Assembly (NCBI GenBank): GCA_016748015.1
Contig: JAAOMT010000664.1
Coordinates: 1,245,518 to 1,309,517, forward strand
From: Geosiphon pyriformis uo1
Lineage: Eukaryota; Fungi; Glomeromycota
Length of the DNA: 64,000 nt
Direction of reading: 5' to 3'
Position 1 is the stretch's first letter; the number at the start of each line of letters is the position of its first letter. The notes beneath the pieces are model-generated. The model was not told the DNA's origin. It worked only from the letters and a program-made list of their open reading frames with translations, and did not search any database. Positions 1 through 11,854 of the stretch are shown in pieces. A program made the position numbers and the translations under genes.

Positions 1-680
1 ACTCATAGTATTAAAGTTTAGCCACCAAATTTCAAACATTCCAGGAATTTAAAATTGCATTCTTGAGATATTTCAGTAATAATAACAGTATTAATTGCTT
101 AGCAAACATTTTCACTATAATCAAACAAAGAGAAACTGAAGCAGTTACCATTTACTTGGGACACTTCTACAAGAACTTGTGCCAAATTTAAGCAATCTAA
201 GCTGACTATTTTACAACACCACAGATTTTGAACCAGTTTATCCAAAGACTATGCAGTAGTCTTCTTCAATGCCTATAACCATTACATCCAGCAATACTCC
301 AAGATACAGTCACACAGACCAAAGACTTTAAGTTAACTGAATTAGAGACTAACCATAGCCAAGCTGTAAAACTAGTAATAAACAGATCATCTAACTTGGA
401 TTCCAAATTGAAACAACTCAGTGATTCAATTAATTACAAATTAGAAAGGTACTTAGCTGACAATCACACAATTTATCAGCTACTTTAATAATGCAATAAT
501 TCTGGAAACATGAATCGCTCCCAAAATCAGTTGCGTCCCTCATTATCATTCACTCAGCCATAGCAACAAAAGACGTGTATCTGTCACAACTGTGGTAAAC
601 AAGACCACTTAAGAATTGACTGTCATTTTTACAATAACAATCCACAATTAGAAAATCAATATTAAAATCCTAATTACCAG
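1..680 (+). pseudogene. Gypsy gag remnant (element E), target of element B
   Basis: Gag-like text with CCHC knuckle CHNCGKQDHLRIDC (~582-622). Closely resembles the minus-strand gag at ~35450-36050. Cut at 680/681 by an LTR end. Confidence 0.8.
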
Positions 681-1546
681 TGTTATAGATAAACTTTGTT
701 GGTTGTTGGAGTAAATAACAAACTCATAACTTGGTGCTCAAAGCTGTTGTTGATGATGAAATCTGAAGGTGTGTTATCTGAAGGTTTTGTTGTGGAGTTC
801 TTTGTATAATAGACAGAGATTCAGTGGTAATAGTTTTATCCATAGCTTCCTAAAACCGCAGTTTTGTCAATTTCTTTCTCAATGTGATGACTGGTGTTTT
901 TCCTAGTAAGCTAATCTCAATTGAGTGTCCTACCCTTATTTCTGGGTCTTTTACTAGTGCTATATCCTGACATCAGTACTCCACATATTAATTCTCAATA
1001 GAGTTAGTAATAACAACAATTAAGACAAGAAAATAAAAAAAATGACATAAAGAAATGAGCCAAGACAATGTACAAGTTAGTATCTGTCAATAGTTGTGAT
1101 CAAAAGCTATTATTCTAATGTGGTTAAGTATCAATTGCTATCAACATGAAGTGTTGATAATAAAGAGTGGATTTGGATGGTAAATAATTTATTTATTCAA
1201 TATTTGTGAATGGGAGATTTTTAATTAAAAGATTCTACTTTTTCTATTTCTAACACTACCACTATATATACATAATTGATGTTCTATGAGATTGCTCACA
1301 TTTCCAAGCAATATGCTATGATTTTTTGAGTAATATTCACATTGCTGAGTAATGTGCTCTAATTTTTTAACATTGCTTCATATTGCTGAGCAATATGTCA
1401 TGTTTTCTGACATTGTTTTACATTGCTGAGCAATGTGTCATGATTTCTGACATTGCTCCACATTGTTGAGCAATGTGCTCACATGCGAAATATTATTTTC
1501 TCATTGGTCTGCTATTTTCTATATCTGTTTTTTTTTATGAGTAACA
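681..1546 (-). repeat. 3' LTR of element B (866 bp)
   Basis: Minus strand TGTTAC...TATAACA, directly after a PPT. Start, middle and end blocks resemble the solo LTR at 55663-56463. Confidence 0.85.
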
Positions 1547-1562
1547 TTATCTCTTCCTTTTA
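1547..1562 (-). promoter_or_regulatory. Polypurine tract of B
   Basis: AAAAGGAAGAGATAA abutting TGTTAC. Equivalent tracts precede the 3' LTRs of A (10861-10873), C (20073-20087) and D (29941-29956). Confidence 0.85.
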
Positions 1563-1967
1563 ATATTGAGCTCCATCAAAATCTTCATTTTGAATTACTT
1601 CTAATACTTCTTTTTCAAGTATTGTTTGTTTGACTCTGTTTTTCACATTTTTTACTTGTGTATTGTTTATTTTTCCCCATTGGTTAATGGTTATGGTTTC
1701 CATGTTAGAGTGTAACAGTATTTCTGGATAGTTCTGAAATATGTTGTGTAGTTGGTACATTGTTTTAACATATAGTATTGAATTAGTTTTCTTTCTGATA
1801 AATTCTTCAATTTGTTGTATCATGTCTTGGTTGAATATTCTCTTAGATTTGTTAATATACAACTCCTGAATATTCAACTTTCGACTTAACTGATAGTAGC
1901 AATATGATATTGGAAGTTGTTCTGTTTATTGCTTTCAATTTTCTTTTGTAAGCTCTTCTGTTGGTGT
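1560..1967 (-). pseudogene. C-terminal part of the extra 3' ORF of B (N-terminal part ~11859-12110)
   Basis: ...LPISYCYYQL...YQLHNIFQNYPEIL...ITINQWGKINN...FDGAQY*. Homologous ORFs occupy the same position in A, C and D. Confidence 0.75.
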
Positions 1968-2947
1968 TGTTACCAGACAAAATTAGAGATATTATTTAGC
2001 ATGAAATTACTCTTATAATTCTTATTATTAATTAGTACATATTATTGTTTCAAATTATCACATATTACATTAGCAAAATATCCAAAATTATCATTTAATT
2101 AATAACCTAATTTGTACAAAACACAAATGTGACTTAATTATGATGATCAATTATGCAATAACTCGAACTATGTAACATTTAAAAGTTCACTGAAATTTGT
2201 AGAAATTTGCTGAAATAAGTGATAGTTCACCGAAATATTTAATAGTTTGCAGAAATAACTTGTAGTTTGCCAAAATGTATCTTTAGTTCAGCAAAATTGT
2301 AGAAAAGAGCAAAGTTCAAGTTTATAAAATAGTGTTACAACAAGTTGTATAAAAGAAGAGCTTCTCTCTTCGAGAAAATATATCTTACTTTAGATTTATT
2401 ACTTAGAACCATTCTTATACACACAAAAAGAAAGAAATATTAAATAATTTGAAAAACCAAATTTTTTAATTATTGCACTTGGAAAATTCTCAAAACCCAA
2501 CTAACATTTTGAAATTGATTAGCTACCAATTTCAGTAAACTGTTAGTGACTCCAGGCCTGGATAGAAAACATTTCTCTTGATAAAATCCTATTTCTTTTA
2601 CATTTCTTTTATTTTTCTTTTCTTTTCTTATTACAATTATTAGGGTAGCCTACAGATGAGATTCCTGTAGAAGAGTTGACTTTTACAGCAAAGTAACTAC
2701 ACATTTTTAGTGAGCTTCTAAATGAACAATTCTTGGGAAAGAGTTAATGTTTACTACAATGTAACTACAGTCAAGTAACTGGTATGGAATTAGTCATTCC
2801 ATTATAAGCCCAGCAGTTCAAATTATCTCCTATAATTTGAAGATAAATTCAGTTACTGGAAGTTCAATCATATCCAGAAAACGTGAATTCACAGCAAACA
2901 GGCATAAACAACATTTAAGAAAAGAGACCAAAAAATCTCCAGTAACA
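1968..2947 (+). repeat. 5' LTR of A
   Basis: TGTTACC...AGTAACA; direct repeat of 10874-11854. Confidence 0.95.
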
Positions 2948-2948
2948 T

Positions 2949-5900
2949 TTGGTGCTCTCCCATGGAAATAACACAGCAACAACAAAATTCAAAGTGGCGA
3001 CCACACCAGACACAGCAACTCTAGAGTATTATCAGTCAATTTACACCCACTGCAAACAAAGATTTAACATCCCCAATAGAATTGAAGTTGTTAAGAAATC
3101 AGTATACCAATACATTAAAAACTGCATTAACAATTATCTTTTTGGAAACTACAACATTTCAGAAGTTAGAAGCAACCTCTACAATAATTTAGTACACTAT
3201 TCACAATTGGGAACAGAAGACCTGAACAGTGATACACTTGCTACCTATTTTCAAGAACTTAATTTTAACATTATTGAGTATTGTGAAGAAAAATACCCAG
3301 TACAGTCTCAATACTCTATTGATTTTGAATCAGAAACAGAAAAAAGCAACAAAGACAAACAAAAAGCAAAACAACACTCAAAAACCACTCCAAACACTTC
3401 AATACTGATGAAGACAACTACCAAACACTTGCAAACACCTGAACAAGGAACTAGTTTAAGAGTATCATTCATTATCACACTTTTTCCAGTTTCACTTGCC
3501 CAAACACAAACTCCAAACTCCTCTTTAAATCGATTCTTAAGACCAGAAGATTTTACATCACCCAGAAGTCCCACCAGACAACAAGAACCCCTTCAAACTA
3601 GTACCAATCTTTTTGACTTTTTAGCAGAGAGTTAAAGTGAACACTCTGAGACAGCAGCAAACGAAAAAAACAACTCTGAAACACCTGAAGAAGAATTAAT
3701 AAACAGTGAGAACAAAGAAGACAAAATGACAGCATACATCACAAAAATCCTTAAATTTAACAGAGAAGATATTGAGACCAGTTCTCAAGAATGGCTCGAC
3801 CAAGTTATCAAAGCTGAAAATGCAAACGAATAAAATGTTGCCAGAATGTTAAGAACAATTCCCTACTTTTTTAAAGAAACAGTAAACAAATAGTTTGAAA
3901 ACTTAACCACCCCTTTTGATGACTAGACAGCTTTTAAAACTGCTTTCTTAGAACAATTCATTGATAACAACACCTCAATCATACTTCAAAATTGTTTTCG
4001 CAATATCAAACAAAAATTCTCTGAATCTGTCATGACTTATATTGGGAAATTCAACAAACTTCTCAGACAAATTTGCCAACTTAAAACTAATGATTATTAT
4101 TCCAACACTCAAATCTTGGATCAATTTATTGCTGGTTTAAAGGATAAACTGATTAAAAAAGTTTGCTCACATGCTTCAGAAAATTTAAACTCTGCCATAC
4201 AGCATGCAAAAAGATACAAAATGGCCATAGAAGAGACCAATCGCACAAAACTTGTAAATTTGGCAATTGGAAAAACCAGCTCAGCAGCTGAGAAAAAAAT
4301 TGACCAACTCACAAAGAAGTTTGAAAACTATTTCACCAATCAACAACAACAGCAACCGCAAAGATATTAACCACTCCAAAGACAAAATCAAAATAATTTT
4401 GCACCACTTTCTAATAACCAGCCTCAGAATTGCCATTACTGTGGAATCCCTGGCCACTAAAAAAGAGATTGCAGAAAGCTACAATGAGACCAACAAAATA
4501 GGAGTAATCAATGTTACCCTCTACTATAGCAATCTTATTATCAACCACCACTACCAGCTTACTATCTACCAAGATCCCAATACCAAAGTAACTATTATCA
4601 GCCCGCCCCATAGCCAATCCAACAGCAATACCAACAACCACCCACACAACATTATCAAGTACCTGCTTAAAGATTGATTCTGCAAAATCAATTCATACCA
4701 CAAAACTGATACCAAGTAAACAACAATAAAATCAATTCAAACAACCAATTGGTTCTCTGAAATTCAGCTCAGCCAAAACCCAACCACTATTATATTCAAC
4801 CTAGTTATCTTACAATACCTGAAGAACAGGATTTTCATCATACTGTACTCTCAGAAGGTAGAGCTGCAGCATGACAACAAAACCCTTCCTATACTCCTAT
4901 CACAATCTCACCAGCCAGAATTGCTAAAAACACCAACCTTTCAGATATATTCCTTTTCGAATTTAAAGCAAATAAATCACCATTCTTGCTTAGCAATGCA
5001 GTGGCTAATGAGCAAAAAGCCATCACTGTAATATACATAGAAGCTAAAGTAGAAGGAAAGCCAATTCACTTGATTCTAGACAGTGGATCTGTCAGAAGCA
5101 TCATCACATATCAATTGATGCAGCAGCTAAAGAGAAATATTGACCAACCAGCTCAAACAGTTATTGTCACTGCTAATGACATAAAAAAGATTCCAGTAGG
5201 AGAAATTGACAACTTTTCATTCACAATTGATGGAACCACCATTCCAGTCAAAGTTCTGGTCATGGATGCTCCTCAATATCAAGCTCTCATCAGAAATGAT
5301 TGGCTCCAAAAAGCCAATACTAATCTGAATTGGGAAACATAAGAGTTAACAATCTCCTACCAAAGACAACACGCCTAAATACTTGCCACTTGTAGTACAT
5401 TTAACAAATGCTCCGAAAAAGCCCCAGCTTTTGAATTCGAACTGGAAGAAGAAAAACCCATCATTGAAACATTTATGGCACTTGGATCAATCTCCAATTG
5501 GGCTGATGAAACTGAACAACAGTATTTTTTAACAAATGATTCTCTTGAAACAAAAGAACCAGTGACACCCAGATGAAATGTTTCCTATTCAAAACCAGAA
5601 CCACGAAAACAATGCTCTTACATTCCACTCAAATGCAAAGATTGTCACAAGAAACTTTTATCAATAGGAGCCTGCATTTCACCTGAAGAAGAATATGGAA
5701 ATCATACTTGTTATTACTGTAAGACTTGCCACAGAAAATGATGGGGCCATCTAATAAAAAGAAGTGAAAAATGGGACAACACTCTTTGTTTGACTTGTGG
5801 AGATATGTTACCAGAAGAATGCAATTGGATTGATGTAGCAATAAGAGGAAAAGTCTGCAATCAAACCTGCCAATATGCTTTATCAATTTCAGAAAAAGTC

Positions 5901-8619
5901 AAAAGAAGAACACCTTTTGATGCTGCTTACAACAGCACTCTCAACAAACTGTACCATTACCCTTACAATGCCAAAATAATTTTCAATCTAGCAATGGCTT
6001 TAATCAACAGAGCCACTCAAAAAAATGTTTGTTAAATGAAAAAATCAGAATACATTGCATACACCTTTGAAATTGCTGGATACAACTATGAAGATAAAGT
6101 AGAAGCATATCACCAAATTGCCAGTCACACCTACCTGACCAAAGAAGCTCAAGCTCAATGGCTAGAGCAAATGAACATTAAATTATGTGAGGAATACATA
6201 ATGCCTTGTGATAAACAATGGTGTCCTGAATACTATGCTCTTAGCATTCCCTAGCCCAGCAAAAGTAATGAATACGAAATTGAATTCAGAGAACCTGAAG
6301 CAACAGAAGAAATAAAAGCCACATCCATCTATCTCATCAAAAATCAGCCTGCTTCACAACTCAAATATTTCAACAACAATAGACAAGAAATAAAGCCTGA
6401 AAAAGCCCACAAAATTGATGCTGGATACAATCTAAAATATCCAGAAAAAGATACCTTTACTCTCAAACCTAAATTGCTTACAAAAATCAACCTTAAAATT
6501 GCTCTTGAAATCCCACCAGGAGCAATGGTCCAAATCGTTTCACAATCATCATTGGCAAGCAAAGAAATTAATGTTAGAGAAGGAATCATAGATGCGGGAT
6601 ATACAAGAGACATTACAATCATGTTATAAAATGAAACCAATAAACCTTTTCAGATTGAACATGCTGAAAAAATTGCTCAAGTTATTTATTTACCTTTAAT
6701 CAACATTTCGGGTTTACAATTAGTCAGTCAAAAAAAACAATTGGGAAAAAGTGAAAGAAGAACCAAAGGTTTTGGTTCAACTGGATGATTCACAGTTCCA
6801 GTAAACATAGCTTTTAATGAACAAAATGAATCTCACCAGATTCTACAACTTCTACAACCAATTACTATTTCACTCTTTGGAAAACATCCAGAAATCTACA
6901 TCTGCCCAAAGCCAACAACCACACAACAAATTTTTGAGTACAATAAACAAATCTGCCTAGAACATAATATTTCGATCCTAAATATTTATATTCTAGAAGG
7001 AACCAAGAAAGTCCGAGTTACTTTTTACAATCCCAACAATTACCCCATAGTTTTATTAAATAACTTAGAAATTGAAGTCATTCACAGTAACATCTTTCAA
7101 CAAGAACTATCTCAGATGATTCTCAATTTTTTGGAAATTATTGAACATTTACTACTAAAAATCAACCCAAATCTCAGCTCTGAAAACTACTATGTTGTCA
7201 TGGAAAAACTATCTCGAATCAACATGGGACAACTTGAACCACAACAACAGAGCCAGCTTAAAGAGCTAATTGTAGAATTTGCTAATATTTTTGCCAAAAA
7301 CAACAATGACTTAGGAAGGACCAATTTGGTTCAACACCAAATCTATACAGGAGATGCCAAACCAAGGCAACAACAAGCCTACCAAGTTGCTCCAGAAAGT
7401 CACCAATTTATCCAAGAAGAAGTACAACGGATGCTTAACAATAGGCTTATTCAACCATCAATGAGTCTATAGGCCTCACCTGTGGTCCTAGTTAAAAAGA
7501 AAAATAGAAAGATACAATTTTGTGTTGGTTATCAACAGCTCAACAGCATCAGTATTGGAGATGCCTACCCTCTTCCCCAAATTGATGACATGTTGGATGC
7601 TCTTGGAAAGTCTAAATACTTTTCAACATTAGATTTAGAGAGCAGATACTGGCAAGTTGCTATGGATCCCAAAGATCACCCCAAAACAGCATTTACCACT
7701 CAAGGAAGAAATTACAAGTTTAACATAATGCCTTTTAGATTATGCAATGCACCTGCAACATTCTAAAGACTCATGGATATTGTTTACAAAGACCTCCTTT
7801 GGAAATCAGTAGTCATTTATCTTGATGATACTGATGTTTATTCACCATCTTTTAAAGTATACTTAAAACACCTGCGAGAAGTTTTTCAATGATTATGGAA
7901 AACAGGACTGAAACTGAACATTGAGAAATACTACTTTGGAAAAACAAGTTTGGCTTTTCTTGGTCATATTGTTAGCAAAGATGGAATTAAACCAGACCCT
8001 GGAAAAATCAGCACTGTCAAGAACTTCAAGACTCCACAAAATACCACAGAATTAAGAGGATTTATTGGATTAGCATCCTATTACTTGAAATTCATCAGAG
8101 GATTCTTGGAAATTGCAAAACCTCTCAACCAGCTCACTACTAAAAACGTTGAATACAAATGGACAGAAGAACACCAAAATGTCTTCGAGATACTTAAGAA
8201 AAAACTCACAACAGCTCCAATTCTCGCCTATTCAGTTTACAGCAACCAATTCCAGTTAGCAACAGATGCCTTTTATACTGTCTTTGGTGCTATTCTATCA
8301 CAGTTAGATGACAATGGAAATAAGTGCTTATGCTAACAGAACATTGAAACCAGCTGAAAAGAACTACCTTACAACAGAATTAGAAACTGCAGCAGTAATC
8401 TGGGCTCTACATTACTTCAACCTTTACCTCAGACCCAAAGAATTTGATATTATCACTGATAATATTGGACTCAAATGGCTTCAGAACAAAAACACCCAGC
8501 TGAATGCAAAACAAATCTGATGAACAGGATTTTTAGCCAATTACCAATACATTGTACACCACAAACCAGGAAAACTCCACACCAACGTGAATTGTCTCTC
8601 AAGAATGAGACAAGATTAA
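2949..8619 (+). pseudogene. A gag-pol: Gag, CCHC, protease, Cys-rich module, dUTPase, RT, RNase H
   Basis: CHYCGIPGH (~4431); LILDSGS (~5070); Cys clusters 5620-6240; DAGYNL...IIDAGYTR...KIAQ...GFGSTG (6390-6790); YLDD (~7818); LATDA and ELETAAV; many premature stops. Confidence 0.9.
2950..2960 (+). promoter_or_regulatory. Primer binding site of A
   Basis: TGGTGCTCTCC, 2 nt after the LTR. The same TGGTGCTCTC follows the 5' LTR of D. Confidence 0.8.
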
Positions 8620-8668
8620 AAAACAATATCAACACTCATTTGAATTAACAGCAACAAAACAACAAACA

Positions 8669-10033
8669 ATGAACCCCAAAAACTACCACAATTTTAAACA
8701 ATATCTGGAGACATTAACAATCCCAACAGATTGGTTCCCAGATGAAAAACATCAGTTACAACAACAAGCCAAACAATACTTCTTACACAATAACATTATT
8801 TATTATCAAAACTTCAGTAAACCAAACAGTCTACTCAGATTAGTATAGGAACATGAAAAAGAAACTATTTTATATAATATGCACTCAGACTTTTCATCAG
8901 CACATCTAGGAAAAGACAGCACCACTCAGAGAACACTAGAATATTACTTTTGGCCTCGAATGAGAAAAAACATTCATGAATATGTTAAATCTTGTGATAG
9001 TTGTCAAAAAAGAGAAGAAACTTGCTTTATAGAATCTTTAAACCCAATCAAAGTTGGCATCGATTTAGTTGGACCACTATCTGTCACAAACCAAGGAAAC
9101 CATTATATTGCAGTAGCTATAGACTATCTTATTAAATGGCCCAAAGCCAGAGCCATTCAACGAGCAGATGTGAAATTAGTAGCAAATTTTATTTACAAAG
9201 ACATTATCTGTAAACACAGATGTCCAATCAAACTTTTATCCAATTAAGGAACACATTTTGTGAACAATCTAATTCAAAAAATCTGTGAACAATTTAATGT
9301 CAAAAGACCTCTATCTTTGTTCTACCATCCACAGACAAATAGACTTGTAGAACGTTTTAACAGAACATTGTGTGAGTCATTAGCCAAAGTCTCAACCAAT
9401 TTTGAGCAAAAATAGAATATCTTTATTCTATCAGTGTTACTAGCATACAGAACACTAAAACAAGATACCACAAAACACACACCATTTGATTTAACTTATG
9501 GAAGGACAGCAACGTTACCAATTAGTTTCACAGTGGAAATATAACCAGCACAACCAATCGATGAAAACAATTTCCAGGAAACACTACAACGAAGAGCTTA
9601 CACTCTGCTTAGCACATTGAAAGGAAAATGACGAATAGCAGCCACCCATATTGAACACTCCCAAGCTTAACAAAAAGAACGGCATGACAACAAATTGCCT
9701 CCAGTCACCAATGAATTTAAAGTTGGAAATAAAGTTTTCTTACACAGAACTAAAACTGAAAAACAATGGAGTAGAAAATTTGAAAATAAATAAGATAGAC
9801 CATTCTTTATCCATGAAATCCTAGGCAACGGATCATATAAGCTAAGACTTGATGACAAAATCCTAGCAAAAGTCGCACATGGAAATTGTTTGAAACACTA
9901 TAATTTCAGAAACAATCCTGAACCATTAATTTCACAAATTGGTACACATTCTCCTTTAATCAATTCCGAAGATATTTTCCAAAACTTAGAACCAATAGTT
10001 GTCATTGAACAACCTCTCAACTTGAACACTTAA
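8669..10033 (+). pseudogene. A integrase (separate ORF)
   Basis: Own ATG 8669; H..H..C..C finger; GIDLVGPL; YHPQTN..VERFN; GPF-like motif; tail LEPIVVIE. Confidence 0.9.
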
Positions 10034-10185
10034 TTTAGTTTACTATAGTTATTCTTTTATAATTTATAAAAAATGATTTCACCAAAACAAAAACAAAACA
10101 AAACATACTGGAAGACAAAAATAACATAAAAATCTTACATATCAAAAATAAATTCAATCTATTTCTTTTCATTCTAATTTTTATA

Positions 10186-10862
10186 ATGATTATCTCTCAA
10201 AATATTCAACAATTATTTCAAAAACTAATGCTAGATTTAAAAACAATATCCGAATTATCCATTACTATTACTGGAAACCACATTAATTATACCCAAACAG
10301 AAGTAGTTACAAATTTAGTTCCAAATTCACAAAAATATCACTCTTATAGAAAAAACACAAAAAGTTATTCTGGAATTCATCTACCAAAACTTTTGAAGCT
10401 TGCTTTAAGAGAAAACTTATTGCTCACTCCTATTAGTGTTCTACTAAATACTACTATTCAACAAAAACTTCAACTGTGTCTTAATGAAGAAAACAGCAAA
10501 TACTCCCCAATATATAGATATTTTTACATGGAAAAAACACTTCACAAACAAAAACTGAAGCTTACAGCAGCAAATCTCACAAAAGAAACTATTTAAAAAC
10601 AGCTCCACAAAGAATTCAAGACAACAGCTGGATCTACAAACAGCTGCTACAAACTTAGAGCAGCCCTTAGACTTTACAATCTATTTCACATCTGTGAAAA
10701 CGTCTTACAAAACCCAATTTTTCAATCCTTGAAGATTCAATATAACAGAAAGCTCACAGAACTAAAATTTCAACAATTTTTAGACCAAATTTCTTCAATA
10801 ATTTTGAATTACTATTTGGAAATGACAGACAGTACTTGGACTTCAATGGAGCTCAGTCTTGA
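10186..10862 (+). pseudogene. A extra 3' ORF, unknown function
   Basis: SPIYRYFY...AALRLYNLFHICENVL...KLTELKFQQF; positional and motif homologue of the B, C and D 3' ORFs. Confidence 0.65.
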
Positions 10863-10873
10863 GGAAGAGATTA

Positions 10874-11854
10874 TTTTACCAGACAAAATTAGAGATATTA
10901 TTTAGCATGAAATTACCCTTATAATTCCTATCATTAATTAGTACATATTATTGTTTTAAATTATTACATATTACATTAGCAAAATATCCAAAATTATCAT
11001 TTAATTAATAACCCAATTTGTACAAAACACAAATATAACTTAATTATGATGATCAATCATGTAATAACCCGAACTATATAATATTCAAGAGTTCACCGAA
11101 ATTTGTAGAAATTTGCTGAAATAAGTGATAGTTCACCGAAATATTTAATAGTTTGCAGAAATAACTTGTAATTTGCCAAAATATATCTTTAGTTTAGCAA
11201 AATTGTAGAAAAGAGCAAAGTTCAAATTCATAAAATAGTGTTACAACAAGTTGTATAAAAAAAGAGCTTTTCTCTTCGAAAAAATGTATCTTACTTTAGA
11301 TTTATTACTTAGAATCATTCTTATATACACAAAAAGAAATAAATATCAAATAATTCGAAAAACCAAATTCTTTAATTATTGCACTTGGAAAATTCTCAAA
11401 ACCCAACTAACATTTTGAAATTGATTAGCTACCAATTTCAGTAAACTGTTAGTGACTTCAGGTCTGGATAGAAAACATTTCCCTTGATAAAATCCTATTT
11501 CTTTTACATTTTTTTTATTTTTCTTTTCTTTTCTTATTACAATCATTAAGGTAGCCTACAGACAAGATTCCTGTAGAAGAGTTGACTTTTACAGCAAAGT
11601 AACTACACATTTTTAGTAAGCTTCCAGATGAGCAATTCCTGGGAAAGAGTTAATGTTTACTACAACATAACTACATAAAGCAACTGGTATGGAATTGGCC
11701 ATTCCACTTATAAGCCCAGCAAGTTCAAATTATAGAAAATGATTTGAAGATAAATTCAGTTACTGGAGGTCCAACTACTTTCTGGAAATGTGAATTTACA
11801 ACAAATCAACATTAACAACATTTAAGAAAAGAGACCAAAAAACCTTTAGTAACA
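10874..11854 (+). repeat. 3' LTR of A
   Basis: Direct repeat of 1968-2947; starts TT instead of TG. Confidence 0.95.

Larger units (their letters stand above)
1968..11854 (+). mobile_element. Full-length Ty3/Gypsy LTR retrotransposon A (decayed)
   Basis: Paired ~980-bp LTRs, 4-bp TSD GTGT (1964-1967 / 11855-11858), PBS, PPT, domain order gag-PR-RT-RH-IN. Confidence 0.95.

Noticed and set aside
2760-2830. Twister-like CTGGT...AAGCCCAG in the A LTR; hammerhead-like CTAATGA...GAAA in the D LTR
   Set aside because: Required pseudoknots and stems could not be assembled convincingly.
9900-10033. Chromodomain on integrase
   Set aside because: Tail is short and lacks chromodomain aromatic motifs.
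10186-10862. env gene
   Set aside because: No signal peptide, fusion peptide or transmembrane anchor evident.
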